From NCBI GenBank assembly GCA_016281255.1, contig JAEEIG010000037.1:453-64452 (forward strand): DNA of 64,000 bases. Direction: 5' to 3'. Made by a program: the position numbers and the translations under genes. The notes beneath the pieces were generated by a model that was not told where the DNA came from, ran no database searches, and worked only from the letters and a program-made list of their open reading frames with translations. The first letter of the stretch is position 1. Each line of letters opens with the position of its first letter. Source of the DNA: Bacteroidales bacterium. GTDB taxonomy: Bacteria; Bacteroidota; Bacteroidia; Bacteroidales; WCHB1-69. Below, one piece after another: positions 1 through 10,016 of this stretch.

Positions 1-1211
1 TCGTTCTTGTTGGTGGAAACGAAGTCGAAGTTCAACGTGAAACGCAACGTATTGGCCAGCGGGTGATATTGCTGAGTGGCAATCAGGTAGGAGACGTCAA
101 TGCCGAAAACGCTGTACTTGATACCGGCACCGAGGGAGATAAACTGACGGTTGCCTTTGTAGGGGCTTTCGTGGAAATATCCGGTGCGGAAGAAGAACAG
201 GTTACGGTAGCTGTACTCAAGCCCCAGGGCCCACATGACCTCTTGCATCTCTTCTTTGAATCCGCCAGGGGCGTCATAGAAAGACTGGATCATGCCTTTC
301 GGCACGGAGACATCGGGGTTCATACCATATTCAATGACAGGATCGCCGGCCTCGTTATAGACAATGCGTCCGTCTTCGTCCACTAAATAGACAGGGTTGG
401 TGGGAACCAGCAGCTTGTTGATTTCGCCATTGACCGTCAAAGTGTTGTAACCGTCGAAATCCATCTCGTAGCCGATGCCTAACTTGAGGTTCGTGGGCAG
501 GAAGTCGCGGCGCAAAGTACCGGAAGAATAGGACATTTTGTTACCCATGTTGGAGATGCTCAAACCGGCACGCAACGTGCTGTTGTTGAAGGCTCTCACG
601 TCAAAATCCTGTTCGTAGAACAAGGAGATGTCGGCGGCACCTGCCAAACCGGCCTTGGTCTCTTCACCACCCACATACTGGCCGGCGGTCAGGTTGGAGT
701 AGATGAAGCGCGGGGTGATGGCGATGGACAATTGGTCGATCAACTTACGGGAGTAGGTGAAGTCGATGGCGAATTCGTTGGGGTTCTGGCTGCTGATGAA
801 GTAGCCATATTCGTCCATGAAATCGATGCTGCCCAACGAGAAATAACGGAAGGAAGCAGCAATGGCGTCCATTTCTGTGATTTTCCAATAACCAGACAGA
901 TAAGCCAAGTTGATGTCCTTTACCAAATGGGCAAGCCAAGGGCTGTAGGAGACGCTGAAGCCAAACATGTTGTCGCTGAAAACATATTTGGCAGGGTTGT
1001 AGCTCTGGGAGTTGATGTCAGCCGAGGTGGCGCAGCCGATGTCACCCATACCGCCCGCACGGGAATCGGGAGCGATAGAGAGAAAAGGAACAGCGGTTGT
1101 GATGGCGTTCAAGGATTGACCAATGGGATTCACGCCCTTACCGCTTTGTGCATGGATTTGTGTCGTGAAGATAAGAATGATTAAGGATAAAACAGATAAT
1201 GTTTTTTTCAT
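1..1211 (-). CDS. porV: T9SS outer-membrane shuttle protein PorV/LptO (3' end runs off the window)
   Basis: Own translation of the minus strand from ATG at 1211 gives signal peptide MKKTLSVLSLIILIFTTQIHAQ, then AVPFLSIAPDSRAGGMGDIGCATSADINSQSYNPAKY, a PorV/FadL-like signature. The frame is open to position 1, so it is missing from the ORF track. It lies next to porU, as in F. johnsoniae and P. gingivalis. Confidence 0.85.
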   Translation of the reverse strand, partial: MKKTLSVLSLIILIFTTQIHAQSGKGVNPIGQSLNAITTAVPFLSIAPDSRAGGMGDIGCATSADINSQSYNPAKYVFSDNMFGFSVSYSPWLAHLVKDINLAYLSGYWKITEMDAIAASFRYFSLGSIDFMDEYGYFISSQNPNEFAIDFTYSRKLIDQLSIAITPRFIYSNLTAGQYVGGEETKAGLAGAADISLFYEQDFDVRAFNNSTLRAGLSISNMGNKMSYSSGTLRRDFLPTNLKLGIGYEMDFDGYNTLTVNGEINKLLVPTNPVYLVDEDGRIVYNEAGDPVIEYGMNPDVSVPKGMIQSFYDAPGGFKEEMQEVMWALGLEYSYRNLFFFRTGYFHESPYKGNRQFISLGAGIKYSVFGIDVSYLIATQQYHPLANTLRFTLNFDFVSTNKN

Positions 1212-1439
1212 TGCTTGTTTGTTCATTAGTAGTTTTGCTTTTTTATAATTGTTACTATTTTAAATATTTCAAAAAAAATCTCTCCCCTTAACGGCCAATT
1301 GCCCCATTTATTTTATTCAGGCGAAAAAAAATTCATATAACCCAAAGTGTTTGTTGTAATACTTTGGATTACAGATATTTGTGTCGTAAATATTTTTTTT
1401 GTTTCAGTGCTGGGGACTGATGGAAGATTGCTATAAGGA

Positions 1440-4400
1440 TTACAAAATCACTAACTTTTCGATGGCTTCCGCCGTTTGGCCGTCCTGGTTCCTGACCCGG
1501 AGACGGTAGAGATAGGTTCCCTTTGCCAGCTTGTCGCCGAAGTCGTCCAAACCGTCCCAGGAAATGGCGCGGCAGCGGCTCCCGTCCATGAACTGCGTGT
1601 CGTAAAGGGTCTTCACCAGCTTGCCGGAGATGGTGTAGATGTTGACTTGGATGTCGAAGGTGCCGCCCGGCTGGTTGTGCTCGAAGAAGAAGTCTGTGTG
1701 GGTGGTGAAGGGGTTCGGGTAGTTGAGCACGTGGCTCAACGCGAACTTGTCCTCACTGACCACCCGGAAGGTCAGCTCCTGCTCGGTGCTGTTGTTGTTG
1801 ACGTCCCAAGCACGCACGGAGATGGTGTGGTCGCCGGGTGCCAAATCCTGCAGCTGATAGCGCACCACGCCGCAGTTGAAACTGTCCTTTTCGGTCTGGT
1901 AGTAGTCGTTGAGGACGATTTTGCCGCCCGTGTTGTGGTCCAGAACGCCCGTCAGGTCGTGTCCGATGCCGTTGCCCGTGGTGTTGATGCCGAAATTGTC
2001 GGAAATCTTGGCGATCAGCATGGGGCTCGGATGCGTGGTGCCGCCGTTGACGAAGTTTTCGTCGTTCAAGAAGAGCTCGACGCGCGGACTCTCGTCGTCG
2101 TGGATGCCGGTCGTGTCCATGCCGCCGATGATGAAGTCGGTGAAGGCACCGGCCGCATCCTCATTGTCGGTGCGGGCATAGTAGCTGATCCGTCCGTTGC
2201 CGAAGTTGTAGTCAATGTCCTTCGGAACGTAGAACGAGAACCGGAACCGACCCTCTTTCACCGTGACATTGCCCTTGAACAGCAGGCTCTTTTGCGTTTC
2301 GAACTCGAAAGGTTCCGGGGATACGTAGGAGGAGGGGTCGTTTAACAACGTGCTGGTCAACACCTTCTTGTCGTAAACCGACGGGAACAACGTTCCGTTG
2401 AACCCGCTCAGAGTCTGAAGGTTGGCGTCTGTCACACGGCCACTGACCGTCACTTTCGACAAAGCCCTGACGGTGTCGGCGGACGTGTTCACCGACTGGT
2501 GGTTGATGGAGTCGGTGACAATGTTGAACGTGGGGACCGCCAGTTTGACGGAGGGGTCCCCGAGGACAACGAACATGGAGAGGTTGTTCCCATACACGCC
2601 TCCTCCTCCAGCGAAACGGTTCTTGGCGATGCGTTCCATGTCGCTGACAGACCGATAGTTGCCGTTTTCGTCTTTCTCGAAGACAAGTTCGTAAAACCTG
2701 ATTCCGAAACGGTTGTTGGAGAGCGACCAAGCCTCGCGCGAGGCCGCGATGATGGCGAAGGCTCCTCCGTTGTTGTTGAAAATGATCTCATCGGCGGGGG
2801 ACATGATCAGCCGGTCGTAATAGGCGAACGTACACGATAGCGACAGCATGGCGGGCATGTTGTATTTGTTGTTCCACTTGTTGATGTCCGACATCTCCAA
2901 AACGCGTTCGGCCGCCCAGCCGTCTTTTCCGCTGTGACCGATATACATATAGAAGAGGGAACCTCGGTTCATGCGGTTGTTGATGTCCGTCACCGCGTCC
3001 GGATAGCGTTGCCCGCCTGCATTGGAGACTTGCTGGTAGGCGTCAAAGTAAATCTTGTCGAAGTTGATGTTCGGATTGCTGCGCGCAATTATTTTGGCAA
3101 AACTGTCGGCGTGAAAGACGAAGTCGTTGTTCTCTTCGTCATCCGCCACAAAGGCCATCATGTTCCGCCAATCGGCCAGATTGGAAATCTGGGAGGAGTT
3201 TTCGGGCACCAGATTGCGTTTTTCGGTGTATCGGATGCTCTTGTCAACCGCAGTGTTTGCCTGAGAGGCGTTCGTGCAGGGGAACCTGCCCACAGCCAAG
3301 TCGAAAAGCCCGTACCTGCTTGCGCCCTCCTCGTCATCCAGCAATCCCAAATCGTCATCGTCGGAGTATTGGCTGTAAAGATCTGAAATATAGTAGTATT
3401 GAGGATATTGAGAGTCTCTGTATTCAATGTTGTATTGGTAATTGGGAACGTAGATGGCTGTCCCTTGTGCGCGACCGCGGAAGTCGTAGCTCGGGCGGCC
3501 GAAGAGAAGGAGATACTTGGGGTACCCTTTGTTCGTGCGGTCGTAGATCATCTTGGTGTAGCCGCGAATGGCCATCGGGTCTTGCGAGCCGCTCGAGAAT
3601 TCGTTGTAAATCTGCTGGGTGGTCACCACTTTCACGCTCAAACCGTCGTTTTCGGAGCGGAACTGCGCCAGTCGGTTGGCTTGCGACAGGAAGTCGGGAT
3701 GAGTGACAATCACCATATCGACGGCGCCGGTGCCGTGCAGGTTTTGGTTGGCCACCGCGGAGAGTGGGGTGACCGATTTGCAGTTGGAACCGTCGAACAT
3801 GATGAACTCCCGGAGCTCGGAGGTCGGTGCTTTGAAATGCGCCCCCTGATTGTCGGAAGTGAGTGCATAGCGCACTGTTTGCGAAGGGTCGGTGACATCC
3901 CAGACGGCGACGGAAGCGGGGATGCCGGAAATGTTGAATTGCGTGATGTTCCCCTCGCCCACGGTGGAGGGGTTGCGGAAGCTTGTCTCCCCGCGATAAA
4001 GGGCAAGGCGACAGGGGACCTCTATCTCAATCCAGTCCAAATAGGCGGATGCCGAGGTGGTAGGCTTGGAGTAGGTGAGACCGACATTCAAATTGCTGGA
4101 TGCGATGTTGAAGGGCAGTGTGCTCGTGGTAAGGCATACCAAGGTGGAGGGCCTTGCAGAACGCATACTGACGTTTCCGAGCTGGGTTTGGTTCATCGTC
4201 ACCTGCATGGTGGAAGGGGTGGAGGCGGAAGAGGCCCATTTGACCGACAAACGGCCGGCGCCGGTCGGTGTCCCCGGGAGTTGGAAACCGTAGGATCGGC
4301 TGAGCGTCACGTCGAAACGGTCCCCGTACCAGGTCCTGCCCGACTCGCACAGATTGATGACATCCTCTTCATGAAAATCAAAAAAGGTGAAGTCCTGTAC

Positions 4401-5330
4401 CGTTAAATTGGCATTAAGACTTTCATTCTCAATGGTTTGTATGCGTTTCTTCTCGCCGACTCCTGCGGTTTGGGTCACGAAATAGAAGGAGGCGTCGCAG
4501 TAAACGTTGTAGGCGTGTGTAAAACTCTGGTTGGCAGAATCGTAGGTGATGTTGTGCGGCGACAATCCGTAAAAAAGAAAATAGTCTCCTTCGTCGAATT
4601 GTCCGTCACCGCCGTCGTGCATTTCGAGAGGCAGCTCTTGCAGATCGTCGGCCCGTTTGGCGGAATTGTCTTCGGGAAGCATTCTGCCTCCATTGCCGAA
4701 TACCGCCAGTTGCGAGGAGCTTATGGGGGTGGACATGCCCATTGATTTCAAATCCTGGCAGGTGACTTTGTGGATGCCGGTCTGGGTGATGGAGAATTGG
4801 AACCACTGTCCGGATGCCAACACCGATTGTGAGGCGTAACCCCGTGTCCCTTTGTGCGGCGCGGCGTTTTCGCCCACTATTTCCAAGGTTACGGAAACCA
4901 GTTTCCGGTACTGTCCCGGAGAGGTTTCCACGATGGGGATGAACGAGAGTTGCGCGTATGGGCGCTTACGATCGTATGCGGAACGGACTTGATAGTCAAC
5001 AGACTTCTGATGGAATCCGGGAGTCACTAATTGACAATCCGTTGCGGACATTTCAGCGAACTCCTCGGCGACGACATTCACCCGGTAGTCTATGAAAAAG
5101 TTATCAACAGCGATGATTTCATAAAATGAAGGGAGCTCCGGGAAATCACCCCCGTAAACTGCGTTTTCAAAAGAGAGAAACGACCGTGTATGACCGTCCG
5201 AGAAGGTGTTGGCCGCGGGTTCCGTCCAGTGTAAAGTGATATTTTTTTGCACTCTTTGTGCCTGAATATCAGCGGTTTGAAAAATTATTAGTATAAAAAA
5301 CAAAAATCGTACCCAAGATTTACCATTCAT
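1440..5330 (-). CDS. porU: T9SS C-terminal signal peptidase PorU (C25 gingipain-like)
   Basis: 1296 aa with signal peptide MNGKSWVRFLFFILIIFQTADIQAQ. C25-type His/Cys region YIGHSGKDGWAAE...LSLSCTFAYYD. C-terminal T9SS sorting domain LNYPNPF...GTYLYRLRV...KLVIL. Confidence 0.85.
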   Translation of the reverse strand: MNGKSWVRFLFFILIIFQTADIQAQRVQKNITLHWTEPAANTFSDGHTRSFLSFENAVYGGDFPELPSFYEIIAVDNFFIDYRVNVVAEEFAEMSATDCQLVTPGFHQKSVDYQVRSAYDRKRPYAQLSFIPIVETSPGQYRKLVSVTLEIVGENAAPHKGTRGYASQSVLASGQWFQFSITQTGIHKVTCQDLKSMGMSTPISSSQLAVFGNGGRMLPEDNSAKRADDLQELPLEMHDGGDGQFDEGDYFLFYGLSPHNITYDSANQSFTHAYNVYCDASFYFVTQTAGVGEKKRIQTIENESLNANLTVQDFTFFDFHEEDVINLCESGRTWYGDRFDVTLSRSYGFQLPGTPTGAGRLSVKWASSASTPSTMQVTMNQTQLGNVSMRSARPSTLVCLTTSTLPFNIASSNLNVGLTYSKPTTSASAYLDWIEIEVPCRLALYRGETSFRNPSTVGEGNITQFNISGIPASVAVWDVTDPSQTVRYALTSDNQGAHFKAPTSELREFIMFDGSNCKSVTPLSAVANQNLHGTGAVDMVIVTHPDFLSQANRLAQFRSENDGLSVKVVTTQQIYNEFSSGSQDPMAIRGYTKMIYDRTNKGYPKYLLLFGRPSYDFRGRAQGTAIYVPNYQYNIEYRDSQYPQYYYISDLYSQYSDDDDLGLLDDEEGASRYGLFDLAVGRFPCTNASQANTAVDKSIRYTEKRNLVPENSSQISNLADWRNMMAFVADDEENNDFVFHADSFAKIIARSNPNINFDKIYFDAYQQVSNAGGQRYPDAVTDINNRMNRGSLFYMYIGHSGKDGWAAERVLEMSDINKWNNKYNMPAMLSLSCTFAYYDRLIMSPADEIIFNNNGGAFAIIAASREAWSLSNNRFGIRFYELVFEKDENGNYRSVSDMERIAKNRFAGGGGVYGNNLSMFVVLGDPSVKLAVPTFNIVTDSINHQSVNTSADTVRALSKVTVSGRVTDANLQTLSGFNGTLFPSVYDKKVLTSTLLNDPSSYVSPEPFEFETQKSLLFKGNVTVKEGRFRFSFYVPKDIDYNFGNGRISYYARTDNEDAAGAFTDFIIGGMDTTGIHDDESPRVELFLNDENFVNGGTTHPSPMLIAKISDNFGINTTGNGIGHDLTGVLDHNTGGKIVLNDYYQTEKDSFNCGVVRYQLQDLAPGDHTISVRAWDVNNNSTEQELTFRVVSEDKFALSHVLNYPNPFTTHTDFFFEHNQPGGTFDIQVNIYTISGKLVKTLYDTQFMDGSRCRAISWDGLDDFGDKLAKGTYLYRLRVRNQDGQTAEAIEKLVIL

Positions 5331-5437
5331 TATTCGTTTATTTAAAAAGAGAAATACAATTTTCTTAACGAAATGTCGTTAAAAATATTGCAGAAAAAAT
5401 GTAACAAAAAAGGGGTGGAAGGCGTTAAATAATTTTG

Positions 5438-5445
5438 TATCTTTG
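5438..5445 (+). promoter_or_regulatory. putative sigma-A -7 box (TAnnTTTG) for porP/sprF
   Basis: TATCTTTG lies 20 nt upstream of the ATG at 5466. It matches the Bacteroidetes -7 consensus. Confidence 0.45.
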
Positions 5446-5465
5446 CCCGCTATAAATATAATGAT

Positions 5466-6545
5466 ATGAATAAACGTATTGCTATCATAGTCACGATTGT
5501 ATTGGCATTTGCAGGATTGCGTGTTCAGGCGCAGGATGCCTTGTTTTCGCAATATTATGCCAACCCGCTCTATTTGAACCCGGCGTTTGCGGGCACCAAT
5601 GTCTGTCCGCGCCTTGCGTTTCATTTTCGCGACCAGTGGCCTTCCGCTCCGGGAACATTCATGACCTATACCGCTTCATATGACGAGCACTTCGACAAGC
5701 TCTCCGGCGGTGTGGGGGTGCTCTTGTTCGGCGACCGTGCCGGTGAGGGCGGCATCATCAACACCTACACGGCAAGCCTCATGTACTCTTTCAAGTTGAA
5801 AGTGTCAAAAAACTTCAACATGCGTTTTGCTTTGCAGGCCACCTACGAAAACCGCGGGCTTAACTGGGAGAACCTCGTCTTCGGAGACATGATAGACCCC
5901 AAATACGGTGTTATCTACCAAACCGCTGAGATCCAACCCAACCAACTGACAATCCATTCCTTCGACATGGCAGCCGGTTTCTTGGGCTACACCCCGCACT
6001 TCTACTTCGGCGTGGCCGCCCACCACATCGTCCCTATCCTCGGAGCCAAAGGTTTCATCTCCAACGGTCTGGGACCTTATGACTACCGTCCCGTGAAATG
6101 GACGGCGCATGTCGGCGGTTACTTCGACTTGAAACGTAAAAGTAAAAAAGAGACTTCCTTCGGCGACATCTCCATCAGTCCGAACATCATCTACCAACAT
6201 CAGCAGAATTTCAATTACTTCAGCGAAGGTTTCTACCTGAATTTCTATCCCTTCACCGTCGGCGTGTGGTTGCGTCACGGCTTGACCTACAAGGGCGAAC
6301 AGTACATGGGCACCGACACCACCGGCGCGCCGATCACCCAGCCGATTTCCTACCACAACATGGATGCCGTCATCTTCATGTTCGGCGTGGAGTACGATTG
6401 GTTCAAGGTGGCTTATTCCTACGACGCCACCATCAGCAAGCTCACCAACGCCACCGGCGGCGCCCACGAGGTCTCCCTGCAGTTCCTGCTGCCTTGTCCT
6501 AACAAGCGCAAAGCGCTGAAAGACCTCAAGTGCCCTTCATTCTAA
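5466..6545 (+). CDS. porP: T9SS membrane protein, PorP/SprF family
   Basis: 359 aa with a signal peptide, then the family N-terminal motif QDALFSQYYANPLYLNPAFAG. The rest looks like a beta-barrel sequence. Confidence 0.85.
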   Translation: MNKRIAIIVTIVLAFAGLRVQAQDALFSQYYANPLYLNPAFAGTNVCPRLAFHFRDQWPSAPGTFMTYTASYDEHFDKLSGGVGVLLFGDRAGEGGIINTYTASLMYSFKLKVSKNFNMRFALQATYENRGLNWENLVFGDMIDPKYGVIYQTAEIQPNQLTIHSFDMAAGFLGYTPHFYFGVAAHHIVPILGAKGFISNGLGPYDYRPVKWTAHVGGYFDLKRKSKKETSFGDISISPNIIYQHQQNFNYFSEGFYLNFYPFTVGVWLRHGLTYKGEQYMGTDTTGAPITQPISYHNMDAVIFMFGVEYDWFKVAYSYDATISKLTNATGGAHEVSLQFLLPCPNKRKALKDLKCPSF

Positions 6546-6604
6546 TCATCAAAACATTCGACATTTTTCACCGTAGATCACTTAAGAAAAATAATAAAAA
6601 AACA

Positions 6605-8098
6605 ATGAATACAACGAAAAAATTATTAGGATTATTCACTATCGCAGCTATGCTGTTGGGTATGTCCTCTTGTTCGAAACAGAAATCCGCCACCACCGGT
6701 TGGAACTACAATGATGCAAAAAACGGTGGTTTCGAGGTGGCTCCTTTTGAAGAGCAGGCCACGGGTCCCGGTCTCGTCTTCATCGAAGGCGGTACCTTTG
6801 TGATGGGACAGATGGAAGAGGATGTGATGAAGGATTGGAACAACACGCCCCGCCGCGTTTCCGTTGCTTCTTTCTACATGGATGAATGCGAAATCGCCAA
6901 TGTCGATTATCTTGAATACCTCTATTGGCTGGAACGCGTCTTCATCCCGCAAGACCTGAAGGTGGTTTACGACAATGCTGTTCCGGATGAGGCTGTTTGG
7001 CGTGACCGTTTGGGTTATAACGAAGCTCAGGTGGAATATTACTTCCGCCACCCTGCTTTCAGATACTATCCAGTGGTGGGTGTGAACTGGCTTCAGGCTA
7101 CCAACTATGCCGCTTGGCGTACCGACCGTGTCAATGAGCAGATTCTGGTCGATCGCGGTTATATTGAGTTCGCTGAAACTCCTTCCGCAGAAGGTTACTT
7201 CAATACCGACGCCTACCTGACCTACGAGTCTTATGAGGCTGAAGGCCAAAAGCGTCTCCGCTACATCTCCAGCGGTGAATATCGCAACGTTAAGATGGAA
7301 GACGGTATCCTCCTGCCGAAATATAGACTGCCTACAGAGGCTGAATGGGAATACGCCGCCTACTCCACCGTCGGCAACACCCTCAACGAGCGCGTGTTGG
7401 AACGTAAGGTCTATCCCTGGAACGGTCAGCAACTCCGTACAGATGACAAAAAATACTATGGTGACTTCATTAACAATATCCGCCGCGGACGTGGCGACTA
7501 CATGGGTGTTGCCAGCGCACTCAACGACAATGGCTTCTACACCAAGGAGGTCAAGTCCGACTGGCCGAACGACTATGGCTTGTATCAAATGGGCGGTAAC
7601 GTTTCCGAATGGGTGATGGATGTTTACAGACAGACTTCCCACGACGATGTGACGGAATACAACCCGTTCCGTGGTAACTACTTCGAAACCAAGAAACTGC
7701 TGGAAGACGGTACTGTTGCCGAACGTGACAGCGTGGGTAAGATCCCCATGGTTCCCGTTTCTGACTTCAAGAATGACAGACGCCGTAACTACCGCGCCGC
7801 TGACAATAAAAACTATTTGGATGGTGACTGGCAGTCTCTGAAGAGCGTTGATGACTGGAAGAACGCCACCACCAGCACCGAGGCCACTGACTTGATGTAC
7901 TCTAAGGGTGCGGGTAACTACGATTTCTCACTCGTGAGCGATCAAGCCCGTGTCTATAAGGGCGGTTCTTGGAAGGACATTCCTTACTGGTCTTCCCCTG
8001 GTACCCGCCGTTATTTGGACGAGGATGAGGCTACGGATTATATCGGTTTCCGTTGCGCCATGGCTCGCGTGGGCTCACAAACCCAAGGCAAACGCTAA
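6605..8098 (+). CDS. gldJ: gliding motility lipoprotein GldJ (SUMF1/FGE-like fold)
   Basis: The internal ATG at 6605 gives lipoprotein signal MNTTKKLLGLFTIAAMLLGMSSC. GldJ-like motifs TGWNYNDAKNGGF, GPGLVFIEGGTFVMG and YLEYLYWL follow. The track start at 6530 overlaps porP and is unlikely. Confidence 0.8.
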   Translation: MNTTKKLLGLFTIAAMLLGMSSCSKQKSATTGWNYNDAKNGGFEVAPFEEQATGPGLVFIEGGTFVMGQMEEDVMKDWNNTPRRVSVASFYMDECEIANVDYLEYLYWLERVFIPQDLKVVYDNAVPDEAVWRDRLGYNEAQVEYYFRHPAFRYYPVVGVNWLQATNYAAWRTDRVNEQILVDRGYIEFAETPSAEGYFNTDAYLTYESYEAEGQKRLRYISSGEYRNVKMEDGILLPKYRLPTEAEWEYAAYSTVGNTLNERVLERKVYPWNGQQLRTDDKKYYGDFINNIRRGRGDYMGVASALNDNGFYTKEVKSDWPNDYGLYQMGGNVSEWVMDVYRQTSHDDVTEYNPFRGNYFETKKLLEDGTVAERDSVGKIPMVPVSDFKNDRRRNYRAADNKNYLDGDWQSLKSVDDWKNATTSTEATDLMYSKGAGNYDFSLVSDQARVYKGGSWKDIPYWSSPGTRRYLDEDEATDYIGFRCAMARVGSQTQGKR

Positions 8099-8127
8099 TA
8101 ACCTCTGATCGTTATTCAATCCCTACA

Positions 8128-8162
8128 AGACCTCTTTCCTCACCGAAAGAGGTCTGTTTTTT
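8128..8162 (+). terminator. rho-independent terminator after gldJ
   Basis: Hairpin AGACCTCTTTC-ctcacc-GAAAGAGGTCT followed by GTTTTTT. Confidence 0.75.
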
Positions 8163-8181
8163 ATAATGTAATATATAGAGT

Positions 8182-9561
8182 ATGTTGGATTTTCGTCCTT
8201 TGGAGATTATCTGTCGGGACCGTTTCCTGCCCTATATGGCGAAACGTTCACAGACGTGTGACCGTACATTTACCAATCTTTTCTGCTGGCAAGACTATTA
8301 TCACACGTTATATGCCGAGTATGAGGGCTGGATGGTCGTCAGAGTCAACATCAACGGTGAACGAAGAGTGGCGTATGTTGTGCTGTCGCAAGAGGATGAG
8401 CCCTACTATCCGGATATCATTCCTCTTGTTGAGGAGGACGCCGCCCGACTCGAACAGCCTTTGTCTCTGATTGGGCTCGCCGAGTCGGAGTGTGAAATGC
8501 TGCAACGTCAGCTGCCCGGTGAGTTTCTTTTCGACAAAAACCGCGATTTTGCCGACTATATCTACAGGGTGGAGGATTTGCGCCTGTTGAAAGGCCGTAA
8601 ATATGCGCAAAAGCGTAATCATGTCAACAAGTTCAAGTCCCTCTATTCCTATCACTACGAGCCGCTCACGGTTGATCATATCGAGGATTGTATGCGTCTG
8701 GAACGCTCGTGGACATCCCAACATACAGACCTTGAATCCGCCCAAGCTGAGTTTGAGACCATTCAGAGGGCCTTCCGCCATTTCGAGGAGCTGCAATTGA
8801 GAGGCGGCGTACTCTATGTCGATAACCGGATTGTGGCATTCACCTATGGTTCGGCCATCAACCCAGAGATGTTCTGTACCCATGTGGAGAAAGCCGATAT
8901 CCGGTATGAAGGGGTCTATCAGATGATTAACCACCAGTTTGCCCTGCATCTTCCTGAAAACTTCCTCTATATCAATCGCGAAGAGGATTTGGGCGTGCCG
9001 GGTCTCCGTAAGTCGAAAATGTCATACGAGCCCTTTCGGTTAGCCTACAAAGCGCAGGCGATGAAGTTGACTTCGGATATGCATGACATAGTGCGGATAT
9101 GGCATCGCTGTTTCGGCGAGGATGATTCGGTCTATCCGTTTCTCGCCCGGTATTATTTCAACGATTTCACGGAGGTGGAACGGTTGGATGGGCAGGTGGT
9201 CTCGATGGTCTCGATGATTCCTTGTCACACGGATTGCGGTTTTGGGGTCTATCTTTACGGTGTTGCCACTGATCCGGAATATCAGCATCGGGGAATCTCT
9301 TCTAAGCTGATCCTTAGGTCGTTGGAAAAATGCAAGAAGCTGGATGCCGCGTTTATATTCCTCATTCCCAGCGAGGACCGTCTTGTCCCGTTTTATGACC
9401 GGTTCGGATTCAAGCCCGCGGAAACACGGGCATTGTTTCACAGAGACATGGATTTGGGAACCGGAGATACCAAAAAAGACAGGATTCTTGTCCTGTCTTT
9501 GATTGATTCGTGGAAAAGGGAGTCCCTTCCCGAATTGTTGAACTGCACGCCAATGCTGTAG
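8182..9561 (+). CDS. DUF2156 (MprF C-terminal-like) domain fused to a GNAT acetyltransferase
   Basis: 459 aa with no TM segments. The N-terminal ~300 aa resembles the DUF2156 family (TFTNLFCWQDYY...). The C-terminal GNAT motif is GVATDPEYQHRGISSKLI...FYDRFGF. Confidence 0.6.
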   Translation: MLDFRPLEIICRDRFLPYMAKRSQTCDRTFTNLFCWQDYYHTLYAEYEGWMVVRVNINGERRVAYVVLSQEDEPYYPDIIPLVEEDAARLEQPLSLIGLAESECEMLQRQLPGEFLFDKNRDFADYIYRVEDLRLLKGRKYAQKRNHVNKFKSLYSYHYEPLTVDHIEDCMRLERSWTSQHTDLESAQAEFETIQRAFRHFEELQLRGGVLYVDNRIVAFTYGSAINPEMFCTHVEKADIRYEGVYQMINHQFALHLPENFLYINREEDLGVPGLRKSKMSYEPFRLAYKAQAMKLTSDMHDIVRIWHRCFGEDDSVYPFLARYYFNDFTEVERLDGQVVSMVSMIPCHTDCGFGVYLYGVATDPEYQHRGISSKLILRSLEKCKKLDAAFIFLIPSEDRLVPFYDRFGFKPAETRALFHRDMDLGTGDTKKDRILVLSLIDSWKRESLPELLNCTPML

Positions 9562-9563
9562 CG

Positions 9564-10016
9564 TTATTCCACTTTGCCGAGGTCCACGCCGGTGAAACGC
9601 ATGATTTCGAGGTCATCTGCCGCCAGGAGAATGAGTTCGTTGCCGTGGATTTTATATCGGACGATATCTTGTTTCAGTGCTTTGATGAAACGGCGTTCAA
9701 CGCTCATCTGTTGGCACAGTCGTTTGGTGGAACCTTGGAATTCGAGGGTCATTTTCTGCTTTTTGTTCGCGCTGTAGGTGCCGAAAAAGGTGTTGCAGCC
9801 GAGGTTTCCCGTGATGTTGCCAACGGAGTCGAAGGTGATGAAGGGGCGGAGGGCGAAATCAGCGCCGATCTCCTCGCCTTCCAGGGCTGAGAGGTTCCAT
9901 TGGGTGCCTATCAGGGGATAATTGCCGTTGGAGACGCTTTTTTTGGAGGTCTTGCAACAGCAGCAAGCCAGGATAAGCAGAACTGCCACCAGAGGATAGA
10001 TGGTTTTTTTCATCAT
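9564..10016 (-). CDS. META/HslJ-like domain lipoprotein
   Basis: A 150-aa product from ATGATG at 10016: MMKKTIYPLVAVLLILACCCC...GTQWNLSAL...GCNTFFGTY. The longer track ORF (to 10577) overlaps engB out of frame. Confidence 0.6.
   Translation of the reverse strand: MMKKTIYPLVAVLLILACCCCKTSKKSVSNGNYPLIGTQWNLSALEGEEIGADFALRPFITFDSVGNITGNLGCNTFFGTYSANKKQKMTLEFQGSTKRLCQQMSVERRFIKALKQDIVRYKIHGNELILLAADDLEIMRFTGVDLGKVE

Noticed and set aside
63-1184. Plus-strand ORFs (63-386, 732-1184) at the left edge
   Set aside because: They lie opposite the open minus-strand frame that encodes a full PorV-like protein with a signal peptide. The plus-strand translations have no features.
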